DNA of 63,892 nucleotides, the filler included, from Octopus bimaculoides (lineage: Eukaryota), in assembly GCF_001194135.2 (NCBI RefSeq). It is 5 parts of 4 records of this genome, joined end to end, with 100 filler letters (N's around TTAATTAATTAA, not from the genome) between each part and the next. Parts side by side here need not be neighbours in the genome. Positions count along the whole stretch, not along the records: positions 1 to 13,785 come from NC_069000.1; 4 more parts are not named here. One strand, written 5' to 3'. Below, piece by piece: positions 1-11,884 of the stretch; position 1 is the first letter of the stretch; each line of letters begins with the position of its first letter. Position numbers and translations under genes: made by a program. Under the pieces are notes generated by a model. The model had not been told where the DNA came from, did no database searches, and saw nothing but the letters and a program-made list of their open reading frames with translations.

Positions 1-31
<31 letters not shown>

Positions 32-269
32 ATATATCATACATATATACATCTGCATACATACACGCATGCGTACATACAATCATACATACAAATATAG
101 ATACATATATATGTATACACACACGCACGCGCACACACATATTTATGAGCCACCACTGTCTACATTCGCCATATCCCAAACAACACTAATACCACCACCA
201 TTAGCACTCACTACTGTCACTGCCACCACTATCACAACCACCACCATTATTCATGGTACTTACAGCTAG

Positions 270-650
270 GAGGCCTGTTCCACCCTGTCGTACTTACTCT
301 ACCAGGAGCAAAACCTCTGAAAACATAGAACCTCTCGCAACAACTCTACATACATGGAAGTAATGTGTTTGTGTTTGTATAAGCCAACTGGATTACCTCC
401 AATTCAATATTGCGCTTGGCACTGTGAGGCATTTATAGTCAGGAATTATAAAATCATAAAGCAGGCGTCTGACAACCAGAGTCTTCGACAGAACAAGGTT
501 GAACTCTTCGTAAATTTTTTTAGGATTTAGCCTTCATGCCAAAGTTTTTTGCCATTTAAAAACTATCTACACGGAACGACGAGACGTTAGTCATAATAAA
601 TCCCAGTTCTTGTCGATATTAAAAAGAATCTCTTATATGCAATTTGTCCT
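270..650 (-). mobile_element. Possible heavily decayed LINE reverse-transcriptase fragment
   Basis: Minus-strand frameshifted pieces 'LFNIDKNWD' and 'RVVARGSMFSEVLLLVE*VRQGG' loosely resemble RT motifs (DIxKAFD; GVRQG). Weak. Confidence 0.3.
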
Positions 651-824
651 GGGAGTGTGATTCCCCACCATAAGGTATGGAAGGTTGATAGCGAAACGCG
701 TGGAAATTTACTGCGGTGAATTGCATGTTGTTCTTCTCAGCCGGTTGGAATTCACTGTTCTTGCCGTGCGTGTATGTCTGTATGTGTGTGCGTGAGTTCT
801 CATTCGTTTGTTGTTGCTTATTAT

Positions 825-836
825 TATTATTATTAA

Positions 837-919
<83 letters not shown>

Positions 920-930
920 TTATTAGTATT
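825..930. repeat. (ATT)n microsatellite, tail/target of the adjacent RLE LINE
   Basis: Direct reading; abuts the 3' UTR of the element at 933-1066. Confidence 0.95.
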
Positions 931-932
931 GC

Positions 933-1066
933 CTTTGCACACTTCTAACGCTGGAGGTGTACTACAGTGTCAGCTGTTCACTACCAGTGAACTAAGGTAA
1001 CACCTCTTAGTTTTCGCGCACCTTCCAAAGTATTCGAGCGGTTCCAATGCCATTGAGTGTTTTTTT
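933..1066 (-). mobile_element. 3' end of an R4/Dong(Rex6)-like RLE non-LTR retrotransposon
   Basis: Minus strand reads KKTLNGIGTARILWKVREN*, matching the R4-clade C-terminus GTARILRKV (also at 50500-50540), then a short UTR and an (AAT)n tail. 5' part lost in a gap. Confidence 0.75.
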
Positions 1067-1765
1067 NNNNNNNNNNNNNNNNNNNNNNNNNNNNNNNNNN
1101 NNNNNNNNNNNNNNNNNNNNNNNNNNNNNNNNNNNNNNNNNNNNNNNNNNNNNNNNNNNNNNNNNNNNNNNNNNNNNNNNNNNNNNNNNNNNNNNNNNNN
1201 NNNNNNNNNNNNNNNNNNNNNNNNNNNNNNNNNNNNNNNNNNNNNNNNNNNNNNNNNNNNNNNNNNNNNNNNNNNNNNNNNNNNNNNNNNNNNNNNNNNN
1301 NNNNNNNNNNNNNNNNNNNNNNNNNNNNNNNNNNNNNNNNNNNNNNNNNNNNNNNNNNNNNNNNNNNNNNNNNNNNNNNNNNNNNNNNNNNNNNNNNNNN
1401 NNNNNNNNNNNNNNNNNNNNNNNNNNNNNNNNNNNNNNNNNNNNNNNNNNNNNNNNNNNNNNNNNNNNNNNNNNNNNNNNNNNNNNNNNNNNNNNNNNNN
1501 NNNNNNNNNNNNNNNNNNNNNNNNNNNNNNNNNNNNNNNNNNNNNNNNNNNNNNNNNNNNNNNNNNNNNNNNNNNNNNNNNNNNNNNNNNNNNNNNNNNN
1601 NNNNNNNNNNNNNNNNNNNNNNNNNNNNNNNNNNNNNNNNNNNNNNNNNNNNNNNNNNNNNNNNNNNNNNNNNNNNNNNNNNNNNNNNNNNNNNNNNNNN
1701 NNNNNNNNNNNNNNNNNNNNNNNNNNNNNNNNNNNNNNNNNNNNNNNNNNNNNNNNNNNNNNNNN

Positions 1766-1798
<33 letters not shown>

Positions 1799-1890
1799 TC
1801 AATTCAAATAAAAAAAAATTCAAATAAACGAATTAAAAATGAAAAAGAGGGAAAACAACGGAAGTGAGGACGCGCACAAGAAGTGTATTA

Positions 1891-1951
1891 GGTTGACGCT
1901 GGGTAAAAAGGAGAGAGTTTAACGTTTCGAGCATGGCTCTTCGTCGGAAAC
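1891..1951 (-). ncRNA. Degenerate hammerhead-ribozyme-like motif in a dispersed repeat (second copy at 30068-30130)
   Basis: Minus strand GUUU-CCGACGA-A-GAGC-cau-GCUC-GAAA-CGU...GCG-UC; one change from the CUGANGA core, stem II intact. Confidence 0.45.
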
Positions 1952-2356
1952 GAGAAAGGTAAAAGTCCAAAGATGGAGAAGAAGAAATCGCCAACGGCAC
2001 ACTTGTAGTCACATATATGTCTATATGTATGAATGTGTATATATGTGTATATGTATGTATATATAAATATATGTATATATATATGTATGTATATATGTAT
2101 GCATGAATGCGTGCATGCATCCACGTATGTATGAATGTATGTATGTATATGAAAGTATGTATATATGTAAGCGTACATCAACGCAGAACACAATTACGCG
2201 CTCTAAAGCATGCTTAAAAGCTCAATGACGAACCTTACATTTTGTTTATAAGATAATATAAGGTGGGAGGGGAATCACATAGTAACTCTGGAATAGTTGT
2301 GAGTAAACATAACTGGATACCAATATATTATTGATTTCATAAACACGGCGCTGTGT

Positions 2357-2396
2357 TGACGTAGCTGTGACGTGGCTATGACGTAATAATGACGTC
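2357..2396. promoter_or_regulatory. Four TGACGT (CRE/ATF-type) sites at 11-bp periodicity
   Basis: TGACGT starts at 2357, 2368, 2379 and 2390; spacers differ. Function inferred only. Confidence 0.4.
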
Positions 2397-2594
2397 GTTC
2401 TGCGAGCGGGAAGAAGTTTGTGTGGAAAAATTAATGTGTTCACTTGAAGAGACACACGCGCACAGACGTACAGAGATCCATAAATACAAAAACGTATTGC
2501 TGTATTCATTGTTCAAGCTTTCAAGTTACATAAGTGGCTCAGGCAACGAGAGTTTCGTGTGCTGTACTTGTTCCATACATTGTATGTTCCATAC

Positions 2595-2815
2595 ATTGTA
2601 TGCTGGAGCACCGCCTTCACTTGAGCAAATCGACCCCAGGACTTATTCTTTGTAAGCTTAGTACTTATTCTTTCTCTTTTGCCGAACCACTAAGTTACGG
2701 GGACGTAAACACACCAGCATCGGTTGTCAAGCGATGGTAGGGGGACAAACACAGACACACACACATGTATATATATATATGTATATATGTGTGTGTATAT
2801 ATATATATATATATA
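2595..2815 (-). mobile_element. SINE family A, 3' half
   Basis: Matches the reverse complement of the 3' half of the full copy at 22507-22910 (tgctggagcaccgcc...gacttattctttgtaag...aacacaccagcatcggttgtcaagcgatg). Confidence 0.9.
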
Positions 2816-3016
2816 TGGGTGGGGAGATTTTGAACCTGGGTTTTCTTTCAACAGCGAAAAATACCTTAGGAATGAGAACCCAGGTTCGAAATTTCCTCAA
2901 GACACCTGAGGGTATATCAGGAGGGTATATCAGCCAAAACGTTGTGTGAACAACAAACAAGATGAGGACAAATATCTGTCAAATGTAAATAATGCACATA
3001 ATATACATTTTTCATT

Positions 3017-3047
<31 letters not shown>

Positions 3048-3829
3048 TACATACATACATACATACATACATACATACATACATGGTGTAGTGATTGTAA
3101 ATCAAATAACTTTACGGCAAAATGTAAAGAACTTAATGCCTTGGCAAAGCGTTAACTTAATGTCATGTTAGTTTTACGTCTCATTGTTGAGGCTTTCGGT
3201 TTTGGAGGTAATTCTGAAGCAGCAGTGATTGGTGGTGTGAGAGCTAAATCCGATCGGTCAGATGATGGAGCTTTGAATTGAGACATTTTTTTTTCCTTTC
3301 GGTTGACTTCATCCGGTTGGTTAACTTCCGGCGGGGCGACAGTTTATGTTTTGGCGTATTAATCCGGTTCGGCTGTTTTCTCATAATTATACAGATAAAA
3401 TTTAGTTTTCTTATGGCGCTTTTCCTGTTTAGAATGTCAGATTTAGTTAATATTTGCAATACCTCCTTGTTACAGCGACTCTAGGAAAGTTCTTCCGTTA
3501 ATTTATTCGTTGTAGTGTCATTAAACATGTCACGAGTGTTTCTTAAAATGATATATGTTGTGATAGATGTTATCTGCTGCACAGTTTCTTCTGATAGAAA
3601 GTGGTCTTCTGATTGGTCAGTCCTCAGTGAAGATAGAGACATGGTTATTTAAAGATAAGTGAGATGTGACATGAAGACTTGATTGCTATTTCAAATTTAA
3701 ACCTAATGAAGTTAAATGAAGACAAGAATGGCTAAGGGGGTAGATTTTCGGACACCAGGCTGAGAGGACCGGTGTTCGCGTCGCGTCTTTGCCATTGTGT
3801 CTTCTTATCTTTTTCACTTGTTTTAGTTA

Positions 3830-4030
3830 TTAGAGTGCGGCCGTGCTGGAGCACTGAAGAATTTCTAGAGGAATGAATCAATCTCAAGACTTATCGTTTA
3901 AAGCCTGGTACTTATTCTATCATTCTTTATTTGCCGAACCGCTAGTTTAAGGGAATGTATACAGAGCAACACAGGTTGTCGAGTGGGGTGGGGTGGGGAG
4001 AAATCACAGACAAAAATACACACACACACA
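3830..4030 (-). mobile_element. SINE family A, diverged 3' half
   Basis: Same motifs as other A copies, more diverged. Confidence 0.75.
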
Positions 4031-4271
4031 CACGCACGTACTAATACACGCACGCACACACACATATACACAAATACAAATAGACATTGTACCTTTAGCT
4101 GAGGCAGTGTCACGGCGATATCACCTGACAATTACATTAAAGTTATAGGAGTCTTCCGAATGCTTAACCTGCTTAGACGTTAATTCAATGAGCTGACATA
4201 TTGGTTGACCGAACCTCTGATGAACAGCCAGAAGTAGACATTCTGAACATGACACAAACACGCAAAGGGAT

Positions 4272-4673
4272 ATTACTCTTTTCTGCTCTAGGCACAAGGC
4301 CCGGGGTTTTGGGGAAGGGGGCCAGTCGATTAGATCGACTCCAGTACGCAACTGCTACTTAATTTATCGACCCGCGAAAAGATGAAAGGCAAAGTCGACC
4401 TCGGCGGAATCTGAACTCAGAATGTAAAGACAGACGAAATACCTATTTCGTTATTGCCCACAAGGGGCTAAACATAGAGGAAACAAACAAGAACAGACAA
4501 ACGGATTAAGTCGATTACATCGACCCCAGTACGTAACTGGTACTTAATTTATCGACCCCGAAAGGATGAAAGGCAAAGTCGACTTCGGCGGAATTTGAAC
4601 TCAGAACGTAACGGCAGACGAAATACCGCTAAGCATTTCGCCTGGCGTGCTAACGTTTCTGCCAGCTCACCGC
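4272..4673 (-). mobile_element. Two tandem SINE family B copies with different 3' tails
   Basis: Core aaaggcaaagtcgacctcggcggaatttgaactcagaacg occurs twice; A-box-like (tggcagaaacgttagc) and B-box-like (gttcaaattcc) motifs on the minus strand. Confidence 0.9.
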
Positions 4674-5582
4674 CACACAAATAGATATACTGACACACAC
4701 ATACACACAGACATACATATATGCATATATGTTTATATATATGCATCTATACCCACCTACTTACCTACCTACCTACCTACCTACCTACCTACATACATAC
4801 ATACATACATACATACATACATACATACATACATACATACATACATGCATATAAATATATATATATATACATTAGGGTGGAGCGAAAAAAGCACTTTTAC
4901 GCAAAGTTTCAAAATCTGTTTTTAAGAATATAATTTTTATTGTGAAATACTTAAAACCAACTGCGTTAAGACCTGAAGTTCTCAAATTTACATCTTCAAA
5001 CTCCGCAGCCCACTTGAAATTTTGAATAAAGAGTTCAAAATCAATTTATAACTCGTTTGCCGTTCCTCATTTTATTTTTTATATTCAGTTTTACAAATTG
5101 ATTTTCTTTTGTAAAGTTTTTTTCAAAATAAGAGTGTTAAACTCTCAAGCTCTAAAATATATTTCTTCAGGCTCCACGACGCACATGAAATTTCCAAATT
5201 ATGTGAAATAAATAGACTTTTCGACTTTGTTTTCTGTATTATTTTTAATACTAGGTCACCGAATATATGTGTTACATGAGGTCTAGATTACACACACACA
5301 TTAAAATAAATTAAACAAATTGTCAAGATTGTAGCAGAAAAGATAATTCTTCTTTGGCAGAAGGCAGCCATCCCTTGTGTTAAGATCGAGTCAGTTAAAC
5401 CGAAAATCTTAAACCAAGTTAAACTAAGTATTTTCCTGGGTTCTTAAAGAGCCTACATAGGTGAGAAACAGGTGTAAATGTGTAGAATTTAACCATTTCA
5501 CAATAATTCACATACCTAGCTTGCGATAATTGCATTTTTCAGCGAGTATGTGTACATACGCGTATGTGTGTACTTGTGTGTG

Positions 5583-5640
<58 letters not shown>

Positions 5641-6319
5641 NNNNNNNNNNNNNNNNNNNNNNNNNNNNNNNNNNNNNNNNNNNNNNNNNNNNNNNNNNNN
5701 NNNNNNNNNNNNNNNNNNNNNNNNNNNNNNNNNNNNNNNNNNNNNNNNNNNNNNNNNNNNNNNNNNNNNNNNNNNNNNNNNNNNNNNNNNNNNNNNNNNN
5801 NNNNNNNNNNNNNNNNNNNNNNNNNNNNNNNNNNNNNNNNNNNNNNNNNNNNNNNNNNNNNNNNNNNNNNNNNNNNNNNNNNNNNNNNNNNNNNNNNNNN
5901 NNNNNNNNNNNNNNNNNNNNNNNNNNNNNNNNNNNNNNNNNNNNNNNNNNNNNNNNNNNNNNNNNNNNNNNNNNNNNNNNNNNNNNNNNNNNNNNNNNNN
6001 NNNNNNNNNNNNNNNNNNNNNNNNNNNNNNNNNNNNNNNNNNNNNNNNNNNNNNNNNNNNNNNNNNNNNNNNNNNNNNNNNNNNNNNNNNNNNNNNNNNN
6101 NNNNNNNNNNNNNNNNNNNNNNNNNNNNNNNNNNNNNNNNNNNNNNNNNNNNNNNNNNNNNNNNNNNNNNNNNNNNNNNNNNNNNNNNNNNNNNNNNNNN
6201 NNNNNNNNNNNNNNNNNNNNNNNNNNNNNNNNNNNNNNNNNNNNNNNNNNNNNNNNNNNNNNNNNNNNNNNNNNNNNNNNNNNNNNNNNNNNNNNNNNNN
6301 NNNNNNNNNNNNNNNNNNN

Positions 6320-6355
<36 letters not shown>

Positions 6356-6584
6356 CACACACCTGTATGCATACAGACATACATACATATATACACACCC
6401 ACACATGTGTGTGAGTATATATATATATATATATACTACATCATGAAATTTATAGGAACAATAAACAGAAATCAAATTATTGATATTTCATATATATATT
6501 TATGTATATACATCTGAAATATGAGTAATTTGATTTCTGTTTATTGTTCTTATAAACTTCATGTGGCTCTTATTACGTAATAAC

Positions 6585-6812
6585 CCAAGTCCATGGTGGA
6601 GCTCTATCACTAATGTTTCGCAGATGTGGGTGTTTAACGTTTCATAACATCGGGACCCATCCTTTAATGGCAATTTGTTGCACATTTAGCATCTCTACGA
6701 TCCCTTTTGATCGGAATTTTATTTTTCTCCTTTAATTTCTATTTTCGAAAAGAAAAGCTCTACATTGTATTTTGTCCACTCTGTGTTCGGCCCTGTGTAG
6801 CTAATAAAGAAA
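6585..6812 (+). mobile_element. LINE 3' UTR fragment (same family as 10394-10790)
   Basis: Shares ATGGTGGA(G/A)CTC and the terminal gccct..agc.aataaag segment with 10394-10790. Confidence 0.5.
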
Positions 6813-6816
6813 CTTG

Positions 6817-6857
<41 letters not shown>

Positions 6858-7061
6858 AAGTATATGCATAAAGAGAGAGAGAGAGAGAGAGTCCAGGTAA
6901 AATTGCGTCGAATGACGTAATGTAATACATGTATCCAATAGGCGCTCAAGTTGTCTTTTCACCTAAATCTCCGACTTTGCAACTAAAATGAAACGTGGTT
7001 GTGTGCCATTCTAGTAATGAATGGCTATAAGTGGTTTATCGTTGAGCGGATACATTTACAG

Positions 7062-7390
7062 TTCTTTGAGCCACTTCTTCACTACAGTTTTCACTTCCTC
7101 GTCACTGGAATAAATTTTGCCTCTTAAACCTTCTTTCATGGGGCCGAAGAGATGATAGTCCAGTGACGAGGAAATGGCTCAGAGAACAGTCAACAGAATT
7201 TTACGGGGCAAGGATACATGCTCTCATTCGAAGGTGGAACATTGCTATTGAGAGAAACGGTGACTATGTTGAGAAGCAGGGATGTGATCCATAGAGGACC
7301 AGCTTCATTTTGATGTATGATACATATTTCTATGTTGGTAATTATATCTGTCCTAAACAAAATGGCATTACTTTTTGACTCACCCTCGTA
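7062..7390. mobile_element. Mariner transposase C-terminal remnant with internal inverted duplication and right TIR
   Basis: Minus 7062-7160: DYHLFGPMKEGLRGKIYSSDEEVKTVVKKWLKE. Plus 7160-7295: SDEE/WLREQSTEFYGARIHALIRRWNIAIERNGDYVEK. Ends in TIR ...ttactttttgactcaccctcg plus TA. Confidence 0.9.
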
Positions 7391-7413
7391 TATAAAATTA
7401 AGGACAGAGGCAA

Positions 7414-7510
<97 letters not shown>

Positions 7511-8040
7511 CATACACATATACATACAGATTAACATACATACAGATACACACACATATACACACACACACATATATATATGCATTGATACACTCATACC
7601 CGCGCACACTCATGCATATGTGCGCACACCTGGATGTATCTGTTTATGGCTATTGTGTATGTGTGTGTAATGTGTGTGCATGTGCATGTGTGCGCGTGGG
7701 CGTGTGTGTGTGTGTGTGTAAGCATAAGAATAAGACCAACTAGAAATGGCGGCTGGGTGCACTGCGATCAAAAATAACCAAACCAAAAGCAAAATCAAAA
7801 TAAAAACACAGAAGCGTAACAAGAAGCGAAGCCAAGACTGGCACAGTCAACCCATGGCACAAAAGACCGATGGCACAGTAAATGTATAGTGCAGAAAAGG
7901 CAAACAGAATAGGGTGGTGCGAAACCATTAACAGATTAGTGTCCCTGTTATTGATGTTGTTGTTTTTGTTGTTAGCGTGTTTAGTGGTGATTTAGGTCAT
8001 GTGACGGAGCACTCCTTACCAATATGACCACCATACATTT

Positions 8041-8102
<62 letters not shown>

Positions 8103-8606
8103 TCGTATATATATTCACACACACATATATATGTATACATTTATATACACATGCCTATATACAAACATATATATATACATATATATATATATGTATATAT
8201 ATATATGTGTGTGTGTGTGTATGTATATATATATATGTATATATATATGCATATATATATACATATATATATATATACACCCGTACATGCATACATTCAT
8301 AAATATATATGTACATATATATATATATATATATACATGTGTGTGTATACATATATATATATATGTATATATAAATGTATATATGTATATACATACATAT
8401 ATGTATATATATTTCATTCATGCATCCATATTATATCCATATAAACGCCTGTTAATATAATACGTTGCTGTTTCACACTTAGTTACGCAATGTGAGTTTA
8501 AGGTTTTAGTCATTTTTAGATTCGAACAACAAACAAAATAGAAAATATTAATCACACTCAAAGAACGAACTCTCTGATGCCTTAGTTTAAATAATAATAA
8601 TGACAA

Positions 8607-8673
<67 letters not shown>

Positions 8674-9083
8674 TTGTAACTGAAGCACACATTTTTTTTG
8701 GCGGGGGAACAAAGTGTAACCGATTACAGCAACCTTCAGCGCTTAACAGGCACCGACATTTATATCGTGGACCATCCATGGAATGCAAACTAGGGCTTGG
8801 CAGGGCTGGAGTGAGAAGTTGTAATAAACTTAAGGAGTATTTGGTGTCAGGGGGTAAAAGTTAAAACATAGAAGTTTGTCTGTAGGGACACTGGAGCTTT
8901 GTGAGGGTTGAAATCCACAGGCACACTAGATTTTTGAAGGATGAAGTTAGTAGTTAACTAAACATCTGTGGGGTCAAGTAAGTAGATACAATAAGGTCTC
9001 TTAAGGGGAAATCAGTTGGGAAATAAGATCTCTGTAGGGGGATATTAGTAGGCACACGAGATCCTTGTAGGGTAAAATTAATA

Positions 9084-9150
9084 GGTACACTAGATTAATA
9101 GGGTACACTAGATTAATAGGGTACACTAGATTAATAGGGTACATTAGATT
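9084..9150. repeat. 18-bp tandem repeat (ggtacactagattaatag), ~3.7 copies
   Basis: Direct reading. Confidence 0.95.
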
Positions 9151-9169
9151 TCCTCGTTATGAATAAGGG

Positions 9170-9760
9170 TCATGGCCAAAAGAACACGATCGCAAGTTCT
9201 AGCAACCGAAAAGGGTTCCTCGGAAGGAGCTGCAGAATAACCTTATCCGACAGGGTGCGTAGCTCCGAGATCAGGGAGTCACTCCAAGTCGAGCCGTTAT
9301 TTCTCTGTATTGAGAAGTATTAGGGGTTTGTGACTAGTATATCGCAGGAAAGAATCGCAAGATCTCGTTGGGGCGGATATTATTAGACAAACTCGATGCT
9401 TTTGTGCTGAAATTAACAGAAAAGAATCGCGGGATAGATCCTTCAAGTTGGTCCAAATGACAGAAGAACGCTGGGTAGACTGTGAACCAGATGGTTGGAT
9501 AATATCCATAGCCCCGTTGGTCATGCTTGGAAGTTCAGGCAGAAAGTGTAATGAAAGTTGCTTGTGATAGGACCCTATGGAAGAGGTCCATGGGAATTCT
9601 ATTGCTACAACTGGCAGAAGACCTAGGGGCAGATAAAAAACGAGATGTTGTATAATATCCATAGTCTCAATTGGTCACGTTTGGCAATCCAGCCGAAAAG
9701 TCTGGCTGCTTGTGATAGAAACCTATAGAGCAGGTAACTGAGGACGCTATCTACGTGACC
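9170..9760 (+). mobile_element. RTE-clade (Expander/Rex3-like) LINE ORF2 C-terminal fragment with internal tandem duplication
   Basis: RSQVLATE/GFLGRSCRITLSDRVRSSEIRESLQVEPLFLCIEK, then two copies of the terminal module (RRTLGRL*TRWLDNIHS; GRRPRGR*KTR..YNIHSLNWSRLAIQP..ACDR). Confidence 0.85.
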
Positions 9761-10109
9761 CTATCAGGAATAGTGTGCAGAAAGGATGAAGTAGATTCTT
9801 CTGGGATGAAGTCAGTAGGCAGACAAGACTCCTGTGGCAAAGGGACGTAATTCAACAATACATGCGAACAACCGATGCAAACGACAATATAAAGTCAAAC
9901 AGGAAGGACCTTAACAGCTCTTTCCGGCGCTCTCATCAATCTGCAGCACCACAACCTTTGTAGAACCTGAAATAAGGAAATTGATAACGAAACGAAACTG
10001 AAGGAAGAAAATAATAACAAAAGAATAAATGAATAAAAAAATATAAATAAAAATAACGACTACTCTTGAAGAGATTTACTGTGTGTGTGTGTGTGTATGT
10101 GTGTGTGTG

Positions 10110-10159
<50 letters not shown>

Positions 10160-10330
10160 TATGTATGTCTATTTGAATGCACACATATTCCCGTATTCAT
10201 TGATATGCACACGCATATAATAATAAAATACGAATAAGAATAAAAACAACAAAATAATAATCACAATAACAACAACATCGACAACAATACTAATACTACT
10301 ACTAATAATAACGATAACAACAACAACAAC

Positions 10331-10380
<50 letters not shown>

Positions 10381-10393
10381 CAACAACAACAGT

Positions 10394-10790
10394 AATACTT
10401 TATTGGCTACCAGGGCTGAACACAAAACAGAGGACTATACAGAGACGAGGGACATTGAGGTTAAACGTGTAAACAGCCAACAAACAGAACGATTAACAAA
10501 AAGATTAAATCAACAATATGCTTCCACGATAGGGGGAGTTCCACCATAAGGTGACCAAAGAGTCCTTAGCACTTTGGACCCTTTAACACCAAAGGCTCCT
10601 CATGAAGGCGCCCTCTCCTATCCCTTCCATCCGGCGCACACTTAGAGTTGGCCCATTCACGTGGGCCATTCTTGCCGCATTCACAATAATAATAAAGGAA
10701 ATGTTTGGATGCTGATGCATTTTCCCTCCCTCAACGACATCATAGACGAAATGGCAGCGGTTTCAATCGGATATCAAAACTTGCACTGAA
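10394..10790 (-). mobile_element. LINE 3' end, possibly Tx1/L1-like
   Basis: Minus strand ends ...VNAARMAHVNGPTLSVRR, then a UTR ending gccctggtagccAATAAAgta before an (AAC/AAT)n tract. Clade assignment is from recall, unverified. Confidence 0.5.
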
Positions 10791-11020
10791 ACCGGTGCCT
10801 GTGAATTGTCTATTCACACCAGACGTGACTACCACGAAAAATGCAGCATTGAAATAAAATTGAAAATTCTCCTGAAACACTGGGTTTCATTTACTAATTT
10901 GTCATTTTGGAAAGAAGGGAACTCATTCTTCTTTTTTTTTTCTCCCGTTTTATTTTAAATTCCATTTTTTGTACACAGAGACTTCGAAACAGGTGTTAAG
11001 ATGGGGAGTAGGAAACTTAC

Positions 11021-11036
11021 CCTAAAGCCGGAGTAA
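11021..11036 (-). CDS. Candidate 16-nt microexon
   Basis: cttcttttctttcttctatatAG|TTACTCCGGCTTTAGG|GTAAGT; two open frames (YSGFR or TPAL). The polypyrimidine tract is partly supplied by the GAA repeat. Confidence 0.25.
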
Positions 11037-11044
11037 CTATATAG

Positions 11045-11170
11045 AAGAAAGAAAAGAAGAAAAAGAGAGGAGGAGTAGAAAGAAGATGAATGAGCAGGGA
11101 AGGAGCGGGAGGGATAGTAGAAGGAAGAAGAGGGAGAAGGTAGAGAATGGGGAAAGAAGAAGAAGAAGAA

Positions 11171-11217
<47 letters not shown>

Positions 11218-11250
11218 AGAAGAAGAAGAAGAAGAAGAAGAAGAAGGCGA
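11045..11250. repeat. Purine-rich (GAA)n tract
   Basis: Direct reading. Confidence 0.95.
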
Positions 11251-11884
11251 TGACATGATGAAAATGTGTCGGAATTTGAACCCAGGTCTTCGATTCTATT
11301 GTCTGTGACTTTACCGTTCCATCAGAGACACANNNNNNNNNNNNNNNNNNNNNNNNNNNNNNNNNNNNNNNNNNNNNNNNNNNNNNNNNNNNNNNNNNNN
11401 NNNNNNNNNNNNNNNNNNNNNNNNNNNNNNNNNNNNNNNNNNNNNNNNNNNNNNNNNNNNNNNNNNNNNNNNNNNNNNNNNNNNNNNNNNNNNNNNNNNN
11501 NNNNNNNNNNNNNNNNNNNNNNNNNNNNNNNNNNNNNNNNNNNNNNNNNNNNNNNNNNNNNNNNNNNNNNNNNNNNNNNNNNNNNNNNNNNNNNNNNNNN
11601 NNNNNNNNNNNNNNNNNNNNNNNNNNNNNNNNNNNNNNNNNNNNNNNNNNNNNNNNNNNNNGAACGATATCTAGGCTGCCGTTCCTAGCAAGTCGAATGA
11701 CCTCGTAGCGGCTCTTTTGGATGGTCGTCTGCCAAAACTGTAATTTATGATAGTAATTGTGGTGGTGGTGGTGGTGGTGGTGGTGGTGGAGAGGGGGTGA
11801 TGGCGGTTGCGGTGGGGGTGGTGATGAAGTTGGTGAAGAAATATGATGAACATCTTAGAATTTTTCTCTAGTATCAAGAATCCG

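Noticed and set aside
4647-8460. [16 protein letters not shown] ORFs here and throughout the window
   Set aside because: Translations of (TA)n, (CA)n, (TACA)n and (TCTA)n microsatellites.
9084-9150. CRISPR-like arrays (also 27216-27270 and 63060-63230)
   Set aside because: Head-to-tail repeats without unique spacers, no cas genes, eukaryotic context.
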